This document shows, piece by piece, positions 1 to 36,139 of a stretch of 64,000 nucleotides of DNA. Source of the stretch: Paraspadella gotoi (taxonomy: Eukaryota > Animalia > Chaetognatha); contig CM119265.1 of NCBI GenBank assembly GCA_051294375.1, positions 7,326,629 through 7,390,628 of the forward strand, read 5' to 3'. The notes beneath the pieces were generated by a model, which worked only from the letters and a program-made list of their open reading frames with translations, was not told the DNA's origin and made no database searches. The position numbers and the translations under genes are program-made. How positions within the stretch are numbered: the stretch's first letter is position 1; each line of letters begins with the position of its first letter.

Positions 1-421
1 CGAAACTTACCCTCTTTTTGATTAGTCGTTATGTTTTGTGTTCGACTGTTTATTTATTTAAATTTCACGAATCTTTTTTGTTGCATTACCCCCAATTTTC
101 AGCGTTTGGCTTCGAAAAACCGCCAAATTACGTTATCTGTGATATTCGACTCCAATTTTGAGTTCTGTAAAAAAAAATTAAGGGGAAAAAAGGGGGTAAT
201 CAAACTGGTTTTCGTGACCAACTTTCGACAGCTTCGATCTTCTGTCTTTACTTTCGCGCCCATCGTCGTGAATCGACTGTCTATCTTCGTCGTTCGCCGC
301 GCTACCCGCATGTCGTCGTCGTCGCGGTCGACAGTTCGATCGCCGGCATAGTCATCGACCGAACCAAAATATAAAAAAAATTGTAAAAAATCAATCGTCT
401 TTCCCCTTTCTTCCCTAAAAA

Positions 422-2106
422 ATGACGGACAGCGAAGGGAGAAAAGTCATCGTCTGTGACAATGGGACAGGATTCGTCAAGTGCGGCTACGCGGGAACCA
501 ATTTTCCTGAGTTTATTTTCCCGTCGATGGTGGGGAGGCCCATGATTCGATCTTCCAACAAAGTCGGCGACATCGAAGTCAAGGTCGAGTCTCCTTACAT
601 TTTTGTTTCGTGTAGTTAATATGATAAATATGTATAATATGTAAATATATTTACTGGTTAGGATTTAATGGTTGGAGAAGAAGCTTCAAAGCTTAGGTCG
701 ATGCTGGAGGTGAGTTACCCGATGGAAAACGGGGTCGTACGTAACTGGGACGACATGAAGCACGTTTGGGATTACACCTTCGGCGAGACGAAGCTCAACA
801 TCGACCCCTCGGGTTGTAAAATACTGCTCACTGAGCCGCCAATGAATCCTGTCAAAAACAGGTGGGGAGAGATCTCTCTTTGAGAACTGAAGAAGACCGA
901 ATCTAAATTCTTTTTCCATTAATATCTAGGGAAAAGATGATCGAAGAAATGTTTGAACATTACTCCTTCGGCGGAGTGTACATCGCCATCCAGGCCGTAC
1001 TAACTTTGTACGCTCAGGGACTCTTAACCGGAGTCGTGATAGACTCGGGCGACGGCGTCACTCACATCTGCCCAGTCTACGAAGGCTTCGCGTTGCCAAA
1101 CCTCACCAGGCGATTGGATATCGCTGGCCGAGATATCACTCGATATTTGATCAAGGTGAAGCTTTTAAGTCACGGAATTCAAATGACATTAAATTCACCA
1201 TTATTTCTTGGTTCAGCTCCTGCTTCTTCGCGGTTACGCCTTCAATCATTCCGCCGATTTCGAAACCGTTAGAATGATGAAAGAGAGCCTGTGTTACGTC
1301 GGTTACAACATCGAGCAAGAACAAAAGTTAGCCCTGGAAACAACCGTCCTCGTCGAACAGTACACGGTACTTCGAATGTTGTGAGTGGGTTTCATGTCTG
1401 TCTATGTCTATGAGATTCACGAAATATATTCATTATATTTCGTGAATCTCATATTATATTTCTAAGCAACGCTGTTTTAGTTTTAAACGCAAATTTATCG
1501 CCAGCTTCCCGATGGTCGCGTGATCAAAGTCGGAGGTGAGCGTTTCGAGGCTCCGGAGGCTTTGTTCCAACCTCATCTCATTAACGTGGAAAGCGTTGGC
1601 GTCGCCGAACTTCTCTTCAACACCATCCAAGCCGCTGACATCGACACCAGAGCTGAATTTTACAAGCACATTGTTCTCTCGGGTTCGTTTTTATCCTTCG
1701 GTTTTTGGCGCTTTTTATTTCTTTAAGGCTTTTGATTTCTATTCAGGCGGATCGACGATGTACCCGGGTCTTCCTTCGCGGCTTGAAAGAGAGATCAAGC
1801 AACTGTATTTGGAGCGTGTTCTCCACGGAGACACGTCTCGTCTCTCAAAGTGATTACATCATTTTTTTATAAATTTTGTCTCCGTTTCAGTTCAGGAAAG
1901 TCAAAAGCATACCATGTATCTCTCTCTCTCCATCTCACAGGTTCAAAATCCGTATCGAAGACCCGCCTCGGCGCAAGCACATGGTCTTCCTCGGCGGCGC
2001 CGTCCTGGCCGACATCATGAAGGATAAGGCCGACTTCTGGATTTCCAAGGCGGAGTACGACGAGCAGGGAGTCAGGATTCTGCAAAAGTTAGGATACTCG
2101 GGTTGA
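422..2106 (+). CDS. ACTR2: Actin-related protein 2 (Arp2/3 complex subunit), 7 exons
   Basis: Exons 422-583, 662-861, 930-1155, 1217-1366, 1505-1682, 1747-1849, 1941-2106 join in frame across GT-AG introns. Arp2-typical sequence: [72 protein letters not shown]. Confidence 0.97.
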
Positions 2107-3412
2107 AAGCGGAAAACTGTCCGAAATAGAGTAAAGAAAGGGGGGCGGAACGGGAGAGAAAGAAGTCACGCGCGAGGAGATGGCATCGACAGTCAAGGAT
2201 GATTCATTGACTTATTCGCTGTCGACGAACCTCCTCTCTCCTTTCTCGCGCAACTTCGCTCATTCCACTGATTTTCCTTTGTTTTTTTTTATATGAAAAT
2301 GATTAGAAATTTTTTTTTTTTAAATGCTGAAAAATAAATTATCCTTTTTCAGTTTCCGGCCCGACTTTACAACTCTTAGTGGGATGCAATAGTTTTTGAG
2401 AAATCGTCTGTTTTTGGGCTTCTATTGATTAGTTATTTACTGGTTTGTAAACGGTTTATGAAAGTTTGGGGTTCAAATTTCGAGTTTTGTCTTGTGTCCT
2501 AAAGAGTGATTATCAATTTTGACAATTACTTCAGAATATTTCATCCCGCTAATTGTCTTAAGTATGTCCCTGTTTCCTGTATTTATTATTTTATCTTTAT
2601 AAAATCAATAATAGTCGCATACCCTAGTGCCATTTCTTTATTGGTTACGGAAAATTGATTTGTTTTTTTTTTTACATTTGTCGGTGATTTGTTTTTATTT
2701 CTTTATTTCTAGCAATCTTTGGATTCTAAGTATTCTGCTAATAAAAGTTGATTTGTTTTTAACACTAGTCATTTACATGTTTAAACTTCAGAGATACTGT
2801 GGACAAGTCTCAATATTATGAAATAGTTAGTTAATAACTGCAAATCTTAATTAAAAAAAAATAATTAATTCGAGTCGATAATAACTTAAAAGATTAAATT
2901 TGTGATTACCAGGAAATAAGAAAGAGCAGCAGAAGAGCAAAAAAGCTTGTTAGAGAATAATATTGACATGAGCCTCTATGGCAATCTGGGACCAACTCGT
3001 GTTCTCACTTAAATTTGATTCCTTTTTTTATTCTTTGAAGTTATCTAGGATGGCCTAATAGTATTAGTGGTCATAAGTGTTTTGTTTAGATGTTAATCTC
3101 CTTTACTTTTGCAGATTTCTCTGATTTGACCGTTAAAACTTAAAAGCTTTAAAATTTAATATTTTTTTATGTATGTAAAACTTGAAACCACTATGGCTTT
3201 TGTTGACTTTTTAGGGTAGTCTCCCCCTCAATGAACTAAACCGTAAATCACTTCGACCACATTTTAGCAACAAGTGAACACTCAACATGGCTACGTAAAT
3301 AAAATAGGAAGCACGTCGATGTTGCCCAGGATCTTCCTAGGATCTACAGTACATAGGAAAAACCTTTTAGCTATTGTACAATGATAACAAAATCATTCTA
3401 ACCCAAGCAATC

Positions 3413-27060
<23,648 letters not shown>

Positions 27061-28596
27061 TCTGGCCCTCGACTCATTCTATCCACGGACGCCTTCCACA
27101 GCCGGAAACACAAATCGTGTTGCAACAGAGATTCTCAAGCGTTTTTGTTATTTCTTCCTTTAATCTCGACCCTGCTGTTATTGGAGCGATGTTAAGAAGC
27201 CCACCGTGTGAGCCGAAACTAATTTGTGAGTCTCCATCCCTTCTCTCTCTTTCTCTCTCCCTCTCTCTGTCAATTTTTCTGTCTTTCAGTCCTTTTCAAC
27301 TCTCTCTCGTTAAATCATGTTATTTGATTATTTTGACCAATTGTAGTTATTATGAAATTTTTTTTTTTTTTACACTCATACCAAACGGAGGGAAACCTTT
27401 TCTTTTGGTTCGGTTCTCGACGTTATTCGTCGAGGGTTACACGCTACTTAAGATAGGCTACCCTTTGATTCAACTACTAGGCTGCAGATATTCTTTAACT
27501 AGTCTGCGATTAATTACATAATAATACCTGTTTTTTTTTGTTTTTTTTTTATAAATTAGATTGCTACTTTAATTTTTTTGTGTATTTTGGGATTTATTTA
27601 TTTATCCAGAATCAGTCGTGCAAGTTTTACTGTTTAATTGGATCAAAGGGTGTCACTTCGGGCTTGGAGCAGAGAGTTTCGTTATTGCTATAGCGATATA
27701 TTTATTACACTAAATATGATACGAATTAAATAAAATATAATATTATAAAAATATTCATATGAGAAGTTTTAAGCTTATTTGTTAAAACATCCAGTCACAC
27801 TTTAATTTGGGATGGACTTTTAGCCCGTAGCTTTATTTATTATAGGCTTGTAGTTTTGTCTTTGCTATTTTTTTGTTTAAACGAAATCTACTCCATGTTT
27901 TTAAAACAATTCACGATACAGCGTATTCCCTTCACTTAACCGCTTAACTGTGAGAGAGAAGTAATACACCGATCGTGCAATCGTGTCATTGGTGCTTCAT
28001 AATCTTTGTCAAGCTAAATAATACTGTTTGTAGGTTATTTAATATTATTTATTCGCTCTCTCACACTCATTAAAAATATCGAAGTAATTTTATTTTTTTA
28101 GTCCATATAGTTGATCGTGGATTTTAGTTGTATAATGACATTTTTATTTTACTATGAAACTAAGCTGTGACTCCGTTTGGTGATCCCGGCGAGATATTTT
28201 TTTTCCTTTTTAGCTCAAATTGAAGATTAGTATTTGGGGATTTTAAAGTGCAAAGAAGCAAATTTTTATATCTTAAATTATACAAAATATTGAAAATAAT
28301 GGTGTTTTTTTATTGAACTCTTGTATTTTAACTACAATGTAAGTTTACAAATCAAAAGGCTTTAAAAAATAGTAGACTCGAGCCGAATTTTGAAAAAAGT
28401 TTGAAAGGTTTAAGATATTATATATAGTACGTACTCCCGTGAGGCTAAATTTGATTGAGAAAGTCAAAAGAATCTCGTATTCTTTATTTACTTTTAAATG
28501 TGTTTATATACGAATGTTTGAGAAGCAAATATCTTTAAATCGAGGATCGTTTTTTGCCATTTTCGTTTTGCACTTCGACCTCGCAAGATCAAGAAA

Positions 28597-31096
28597 ATGT
28601 CTTGGATTCGGATAGTATTATTTTCATTGCTCTATCTGGCGTCGCCGTGTTTGGCAAGTATGGATTTAGATTTCAATGAAGCTATTTCGAATGCTCATTC
28701 AGTTGAAAGTCCACTTTGAAATCAGATACTACGTACTTATATAAAAAAATATAATTAGTAGATAATTGAATTTTAAAAAAAATACCTGCAACGAAATTCT
28801 CTTAGCTCGCGGACGGCCGCACGGCACGTCACGGCACGACATTTTTCGGGGCGGCCCCCGCCTCTCCTGCTCCCGCTCCTCCAAGATGGACCTCCAGATC
28901 ATCGTGGATTCCTCTAAGAGCGTCGCCGCCGCGGACTTCGACTCTATGATGCACAGCATCGCCAACGATGTCATTGGCCAGCTCGACGTGGGCGCAGAGA
29001 AGACAAGAGTCGCCTTGTTCAAGTACTCCACCGTCATGAAGAAAATCTACGATCTGGGACAGTGAGTCGAAATGCTGGTGGTGGTTTCGAAGAATCTTGA
29101 GGCGGCGTAGATGAGATCAGATCTTGTCCAAATATTTTCCTTTCCAGTATCCACGGAGTTATCGACTAATAGTAATAGTAAGCTCCCAAACAAAAACTCC
29201 CCTCCCTTAAGTCCAGAGTTAGTTAATTCACTCAGTTTATTAATTGCTTGTCAATGTATTGCTTTGTAAATTTCCCACCTTTTTCATGACGCAGATACAA
29301 CGACCGAGACAGTCTTCAGGAAGCCACGGCCTCGACCACCTATTCTCCCGGCGGAACTTTGACCGGAAAGGCGATGAAGGAAGCTTTGTCGTCATTTGTC
29401 TCTCATCAGCGTAAAGAAAAAAATGTGGAAAGGGTACCGATTGAGAATGATATTTCTCCTTTTTCACCATTTTATACGCATTTCGTACCGGGTTTTCGAG
29501 CTTTTTCTGGACTTAATTCGTTCCTTTATTACAATGTAGGGTAAAACCCTAAACCATTCACCCCTAACCTTAAACCATCCCGTAACCACTAGGGTGTAGT
29601 GAAAGTTTGGAATCCAAATTTAGCAGTTATATCTTGAAAACTATTATATTAATGAATATTAATTTATAATTTTTTTTTTACAAATATTGTAGCCCAGTCA
29701 GCTTATTTTGTATATAATACTACCTTTATATAATGTCAAAATTTCAAAATTTTTTTTTTAAATTCTGAGAACATTCAGATTCTTCGTTAAAAGTTGATAA
29801 AAAAATATAAATTAAAAAAAAAATTAAATTATTAAGTAGGATAAAATTATTAAAAACTATATTTTTAAGCTCAAAATTTAAAATCGGCGTTTTAAATATA
29901 GTTTTTTATATATTTAACCAACTTAATGAAATAATTTTTAAAAAAGAATTATATTTTCTTAAATAAACTTTTTATAAAAAAATTAAATCTTATCTTAAAA
30001 TTTAAAAATTTGAAATTGAAATTTTAGTTTATTATATACTTATTATTATATATAAATATAGCTCACTGGTACCAAATAATATATAAAATTAAAAGATAAA
30101 TTTACTAAAGTATTTGTATTAGTTTTTATTTTTGTTTTATATGCTAAATTTTAATTTTCTAAAATTTTATCTTTTTCACATCACTCTAGTAACCACCCTA
30201 AACCCCCCTAACCCCTGTCGTCGAAAGTAAAATTAACCCAAACATTATTTTACATTGATATCAATTTCTATTAAAAAATAATAGGTTTTACGGCCACTTC
30301 AAATGAATTATCGAATGTAGTCCAGAAAACGCTCGAAAACAAGGTATTTTTGTCGTTTTCTCGTCCGTTTGCCAGTTGATCTCGCGATGTCCTTTTGTTC
30401 GAATTATCAGGTTTGTCTCGTTTTTACCGACGGCGAATCGTACGATACGGACGAAGTAAAAAAAGAGAGCAATGCGTGGCGTGCCGATGGAGCGAAGGTC
30501 AGAAAGATAGGTTGTCTTAAAATTTTAGGAAAAGTAAATAATTTGTCCCACGCCTTTCAATTCACATATTGACCTCCCAAGGTGTTCGCGGTCGGCATCG
30601 GCACGGCCATCAGCAAAGACGGTCTCCTTCAAGTCTCCGGCGACGAATCTAAAATATGGATGGTCGATTCTTTCGCAGAGTTGGCCCAAAAGCTGAAGAC
30701 GCTGTTCAAGGACATTTGCGACTGCATCGGTAAGGGTTTACCAGCGTGTTTTCGTTTCTCTTAATAATAACTCTTCTGTTCTGTAATTGTTTTGTATTAT
30801 TCCTTGATTCAGGGAAAGTGGATCCTCATCCTCACCCGTTTCCGCCTCACCCGATGCCGCCTCATCCTCGACCCCCGCATCCTGGTCCGGGAGGATGGGG
30901 ATCCGGCGAAAGGGGGGGATCCGGAGAAAGAGGAGGATCCGGTGAAAGGGGGGGGTCGGGCGAAAGATGGGGTGGTGGACATTGGAATGGACGTTGGGGC
31001 AGTGGAGGCAGAGGTGGAGGAAGAAGCGGCGAAAACTGGGGTGGGCGTGGTAGATTTGGTGGTGGAAGAGGTGGCCGGAGAGGAGGAAGGTGGTGA
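28597..31096 (+). CDS. Secreted single von Willebrand factor A (VWA) domain protein with Pro/His-rich and Gly/Arg/Trp-rich C-terminal tail, 6 exons
   Basis: Exons 28597-28657, 28806-29061, 29295-29433, 30411-30496, 30582-30729, 30813-31096 (ends within 1-2 nt). Signal-peptide-like MSWIRIVLFSLLYLASPCLA; DLQIIVDSSKS (MIDAS DxSxS), TRVALFKYS, GGTLTGKAM, VCLVFTDGES, VFAVGIG; then GGSGER repeats and RGG motifs. Confidence 0.88.
29488..30344. mobile_element. Outer MITE with TA flanks and ~60-bp imperfect TIRs (Tc1/mariner/pogo-like)
   Basis: Left end TA|CCGGGTTTTCGAGCTTTTTCTGGACTTAATTCG..GTAAAACC; reverse complement of the right end TA|CCTTGTTTTCGAGCGTTTTCTGGACTACATTCG..GTAAAACC. Confidence 0.75.
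29590..30188. mobile_element. Non-autonomous hAT-like MITE nested in the outer MITE
   Basis: Perfect 8-bp target-site duplication GTAACCAC (29582-29589 and 30189-30196). Termini TAGGGTGTAGTGAAA versus reverse complement TAGAGTGATGTGAAA (12/15). Very AT-rich interior. Confidence 0.8.
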
Positions 31097-34000
31097 TGAG
31101 AGTTGCGCTTGTTATAAAGGACGAAATTATCCGATTTAGCTCACTTTGTAATGTGGAGTTTAATTTTGAAACTTTTTTTAAAGTTCTAGTACGTAGGTTA
31201 AGTTAAAATAAATTTTAGTCCATTCCTGCGGTTTGCATTAGTTTTATTTTACTTATTTTATTTATTTATTTTTTATTTTTGGATAAAAAGATATATGATA
31301 GATTTGGCGTTAGTTTAATCATTCCTGGAGAAAAGTTTAATCCAGTTCCAGTTTTTGCTCGGCCGGCGGATCGGCCGTCCAAAGCCGGCCGTTGTCATCG
31401 GAGGCCGGCGGCATTCCTGTGACGTCACACTTGCGGTTTTTTGGGCGAGGCCGGCCCGAGAGTCAGTAGTCGGTCTTTTCCCGCTCTCGATTTAAAACAG
31501 TTATCATACAAAATACGAATTTTAATATCGACGAAATATAAAGATCTAAGATTTAGTTAAAAAAGTACTATGCCATATGCATAATTCGAATTAGAATTTT
31601 TCGGTTAGTTTTTGTAAAAAATTTAGTTACTTTTTTTTCATTAAATAAACACCAGAACCAATAAAATTGTGTGCGATGGTGGTTGGGGGGGGGGAATCAA
31701 AAAATCGAATATAAATGAGATTAAGGTGAAAGAGAGACGCTTTGGACCTCGTGACTCAGAGACTTCCGTTTTTTTGGCCGGAATCGAGAAAAACTTTAAT
31801 TTGTTCTGTTGTGAATGCGCCCGAGGCTGTGAAGTGATACTCTTCCGGTGAATCTTTCACTTGGATCTCTTTTTATATAATTTAGTTCGAGGAGAGGAGG
31901 CGAAAAAAGAAAAAAAAATCTTCAAGGGGGACACCTGCATAAAAATAAACTCCGATAATGAGAAAGGGAGGCATATTAGGTCGGACGGTAACAGGAAGTT
32001 CTGGTGAATGGGTTTTCCAAAAGGGTCGAGAGGATGAACTGGGGACGAAACTGCAGTTTAATGGTCCGTTTAATGAAAGATGATTTAGCGGAGGTTTTCG
32101 GCACTTCCCTCGGCGTTTTAAAAAAAAAACAAAAACCTTTAATTTTCTAAACACGCCATCTTTGAGCGTCTACGTCATCAAAACGTCATAATTAGTTTCC
32201 GCAATATCAGCCCAAAATATTTGCTAGGTCGAAAAGTATGTTTGGGTTAATAGTTCGTTTATCGAAAGTCAATTTTTTTATTAAAACAAATCGTCACGCT
32301 CAAGTTTTGCGGTCGACCCCGTTTTCCTTCCTCCGCCGAGTGATCGAGATTTGAGTCCATTTTCCATTTCCTTCGATTCCATTATTTCTTTTTTTTATTA
32401 AATGAAAATGGAGATGACTTGAATATTGACTTGGTTTGCGTGGCACTTGAATGAGTCATGATTCACGATAAACAAAGGAAATCACTCGAGAATCACATTT
32501 TAAAAGATTAAGAATTAAATATTGATTAATGAATGATGATTGTCAGTGAACCAGATAAAGATGGTGGAAAGAAGAATTATAGCCTCTCAGCTTGATATCT
32601 GACACCGACCTTTTAAAGGTAAAAAGAAAGTACAATTGTTTCTGAAATGTAGTTTTGCTAATAGAAGTTAATTTTTGATTAATAGCTCTATTTTAGGATA
32701 TTTTTCCTAATGTTTTAAAGATTAATATTGATATACATGGACCGTTGTACATCAAACTAATTTATTTAGAATTCTAAAACAAAATGTATTTCCTCAGAAA
32801 ACGACGAATTTTACCGAATATTCTCACTAGAAAACTGACGAATTAACTCCTGGCAAAAGCCAGCGAAATAGAAGAATAGGCCATAAACTTAAACTTGAAT
32901 TTAAAAGTTTGGCGACCTCAACAACCAGAATAAAAAAGTCGCCATCTTCGCCCCTCGTGAATTCGATCGTTCGCGGCCTCTTTCAACTTCTTTTTTTCAT
33001 TCTTCGAATTTAATTCGCTACCTGTTTCCCTTGATTTGTGGATGCAATAAAATGCGAAAATACATGAATCACGATGTGTTGTTTTTCGCAAAGAAAGTGT
33101 TTTGTGCGAGGGGAGAAAAAGAAAACGAGGAAAGGCAAAAGAAATCGGATGATCCCTTGACAGTTCATTGCCGGAAATATATTCCTTCCGGTAACCTCGT
33201 CCGATAAACTCAAAACGGCCGGCGAAACGACGCTGAGGACGACGAAATCAAGTACAACGACGATGACGACGACGATAGCGACGACGATAACGTGGAAGAC
33301 GACGACGATGTCCGCGACGACGGTAACCGCGAAATAAGAAAAAAAAAAGAAAAGAAGAAAAAGAAACCCCAAGTCGATGACGAAAGCCTCCAAATTGGAA
33401 AGTCAACATTGGCAACAATGAATCAGAAAAAGTCGAGGCAATTTTTTTTATTTTTTGAAAGTAAAACACAAAAACGAATATAACGAAACAAAGTCGCCCT
33501 TGTCTATCGCAAGCCGACAATGGATTTATTTTTAAACATTTTCGTCGAAAATAAATTTCGGGTTATTTTCTCTTTCAAATAAAAGTGGAGAAACCGAAAG
33601 ATAAATTTCCGGACCCCAATATATATGTATACCTTTTAAGACGTTTGCTTATTTTTTGATTTCCGGAGGATTGATTTCAAATTTGCCAAAATATTTTGTC
33701 TTCTTCCAGTAGTCGTCGTCGTCCTTATCGTCGTCGCCGCGCTAATTGCGAATAGAAGGTTACGATTTTTTTGTTCCTTTTTCCTTTCGCTATTCTTAAG
33801 AAATTGGTTCAACCAATATAAAATTATTATTAATTATTATATTATTGTTGTTTTTTTATTTTTATTTTAGTGTACCCGTTTATTTGCCTTTTCCACTCTC
33901 CCACGAAACCCGACGACCTAGGATTTTATTTCTCGCGACATTTCGATATTACGATAATTAATTTTTTTGGTAATAAGTCACCTGACGTCATCAGGGGGCT

Positions 34001-34316
34001 CCGACGCGATAAAACTTTTTATTGTGATTCAGAGAGAGCGTTCTACAAAAGACCAATCCGTTGCGGAGGTGAGTAAACGAATTCAGCTGTTTGAATTCGA
34101 TTGCATAGCTTAAATTAATAGATAATAAAAAAATAGAGGGAAGATGATTTCTTCATTATATTTAATAATATATATAATAATTGGTTGTACCAATTTCATG
34201 CAACAAAGAAATGAATGATACACGCCACTTTTGTAAATAAGTTGATATCTTTTCTCCTTTTTCTTTTCTTTATTTAATTTTTGCATATTTATTAAGTTTT
34301 CGATCTTTCTTTCTTT

Positions 34317-34712
34317 CTCGCGGAGCAACTCTATGAGACACTGGGGTCGGTCGGTTGGTCCATTGGTGTGTCTCTCTATCGGTTTATCCCACTTATGTTA
34401 AGATTGCCTAAATAACTACTTTTGCTAATTACCTGCCATTAATTTAGTTTCATATTAGACCTTTAATTTGTTTATATAAATTGTATCATACTTGTGAAGT
34501 CATTATGATCACCTGAAAAAGAGATCACTGAACCCAAAATTGAATACGGTATTTTGCTGAAACATCGAACCTGAGCCGCTGCGAGCGCTTTCTTTTGTTT
34601 TTAGTTTTCGCCGCAACTTAAAAACACGAGTACTCGCGGAGGAACTCTATGAGACACTTGGGGTCGGTCGGTTGGTCCATTGGTGTGTCTTTTATCGGTT
34701 TATCCCACTTAT
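34317..34712 (+). repeat. Two ~80-bp direct repeats (34317-34396, 34633-34712), Helentron/HINE-like
   Basis: Both copies read ctcgcggag.aactctatgagacact(t)ggggtcggtcggttggtccattggtgtgtct..tatcggtttatcccacttat. The CTCTAT + GTCG/GTCC microsatellite layout resembles DINE-1/HINE ends; the family assignment is an inference. Confidence 0.6.
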
Positions 34713-34753
34713 TAATATTTTAATATAACTTATATTAAATATACTAATAACTT

Positions 34754-35231
34754 GGTTATAATCAATTTAGTTTATACTGTAGTCGGGCATTGAAGAAGTT
34801 CACCCCGCCTAATAAGCATGACACCTTCAGTCATGCCCCGGTGGCTCATGGAGTAAGCCATCAGCTCATGACCATTAGGTATGGTTTCAATCCAACCCGG
34901 TACCTCCCTGCGGGAAACGTGAGGGTGGCCGTAACCCGCCTTGGGGGCGTGGCAAACCCTCAAGCCTGGTTCCAAGCCCAGGGACCCGTTTCATGGCTGC
35001 TAGAGGGGGTTATAGAAGTTACGGGACGGTCATCTTCAGCCCAGTAGCGCCTTATCCACACTGGTGAGCCCATCCTGTCGAGGGTATTCCAACCTTCTGA
35101 TTCCAGGCCCATGGACTTGCTGAATTGCTCCCCTCCCTCCACTGAAAGCGGTGCAGGGTGGGTTATAATCTGGGGGGTATGTAGTCGTGCATTGCATAAG
35201 TTCACCAAGCCTTTAAGTATGACACCTTCAG
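34754..35231 (+). mobile_element. GC-rich ~405-bp unit with terminal direct repeat (retrozyme/TRIM-like)
   Basis: ggttataatc...tgtagtcgggcattgaagaagttcaccccgcctaataagcatgacaccttcag (34754-34830) recurs as ggttataatc...tgtagtcgtgcattgcataagttcaccaagcctttaagtatgacaccttcag (35161-35231). No credible ORF. Confidence 0.6.
34911..35031 (+). ncRNA. Twister-ribozyme-like structured RNA (variant or decayed)
   Basis: TAA-CCC-GC (34932-34939), P3-like hairpin CTTGGGGG/CCCTCAAG, P4 hairpin CCTGG-TTCCAAGC-CCAGG (twister consensus CCGG-UCCCAAGC-CCGG), and GAGGG on both sides (34921, 35003). P1/P2 pairing is not canonical. Confidence 0.45.
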
Positions 35232-35847
35232 CCGGTTCAGGCTCGATATTGATTCGGGTGAGCTTCTTTGTGACGTCGTCGTCGTCACGCATTTTTATAT
35301 AAAAACTACTACGCTTTTATAGTTTTGGCTGGGACTTACCGTTTTTTTTTTAAATAAAAATTATTATCTTTGAATCAATAAAAAACATGTGAAATCAAAA
35401 GACCTTTTAAATGAAAAGCTATGTCTTAATTTTAATACAAATAAAAATAAAATCTTTTACAAGCTATGATTGGAAAAAATTGTAAAAATTTCTAATTGTA
35501 AACAATTGTAACATTTTTTTCCTTTCTTTTAATTATATATAGATTTTTCTACCTATTTTTGTCAGTTGCTGCCTTTTCTGAACCCTTTAAAAACGAGTTC
35601 AGGCTCTCGCAGTGACTGCTCAGCTGCCTTCCAGCGGCTGTCCAGCTTTCTCTCTCTTTCTGTCTCTGTCTGTCTCTCTCTGTCTCTCTCTGTCTCTTTC
35701 TGTCTCTCTCTGTCTCTCTCTCTCTCTGTACGATCTCTTGCGTGATCGTTTTTTGAAAAATTTTGATTATTTTTTTCCTTTTAAAAACTTTTATTATCGC
35801 CATTTATTCCGCGATTTTTTCTCAATGCAAAATCCCAAAATCCCAAA

Positions 35848-35926
35848 TTGGTTATCATCGAATCAATCATTTGGTTATCATCGCATCAATCCTTTGGTTA
35901 TCATCGCATCAATATTTGGTTATCAT
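35848..35926. repeat. Minisatellite, about 4 copies of a ~22-bp unit ttggttatcatcg(c/a)atcaat
   Basis: Directly visible tandem copies. Confidence 0.75.
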
Positions 35927-36139
35927 TGAAGGGAGGCTCGATCCTATTCTTTTAAGATTTTTTCCTTTTTATTCTTCCTCCAATAATTTTCCGGAAGCCC
36001 TCATTACGAAAAAAAATTATAGTAACTGAATTATGGACAAATTGGACATCCTCTCTTCAAGTAGAAAAGTCAATTTTCACGTTCGAACGCTGATTGGCCA
36101 ATGAGGGTGAAGAAACCCGTCCGCTTCTGGCTTTTTTTG

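Noticed and set aside
28654-28659. GC donor (TG|GCAAGT) for the first VWA intron
   Set aside because: Its phase 0 does not match the phase-1 acceptor at 28805; the GT at 28658 fits.
33208-33483. Acidic then Lys-rich open frame (DDDD...KKKEKKKKK)
   Set aside because: No ATG or convincing splice sites found. It is made of (GAC)n and A-runs that are common in non-coding DNA here, though it cannot be fully excluded.
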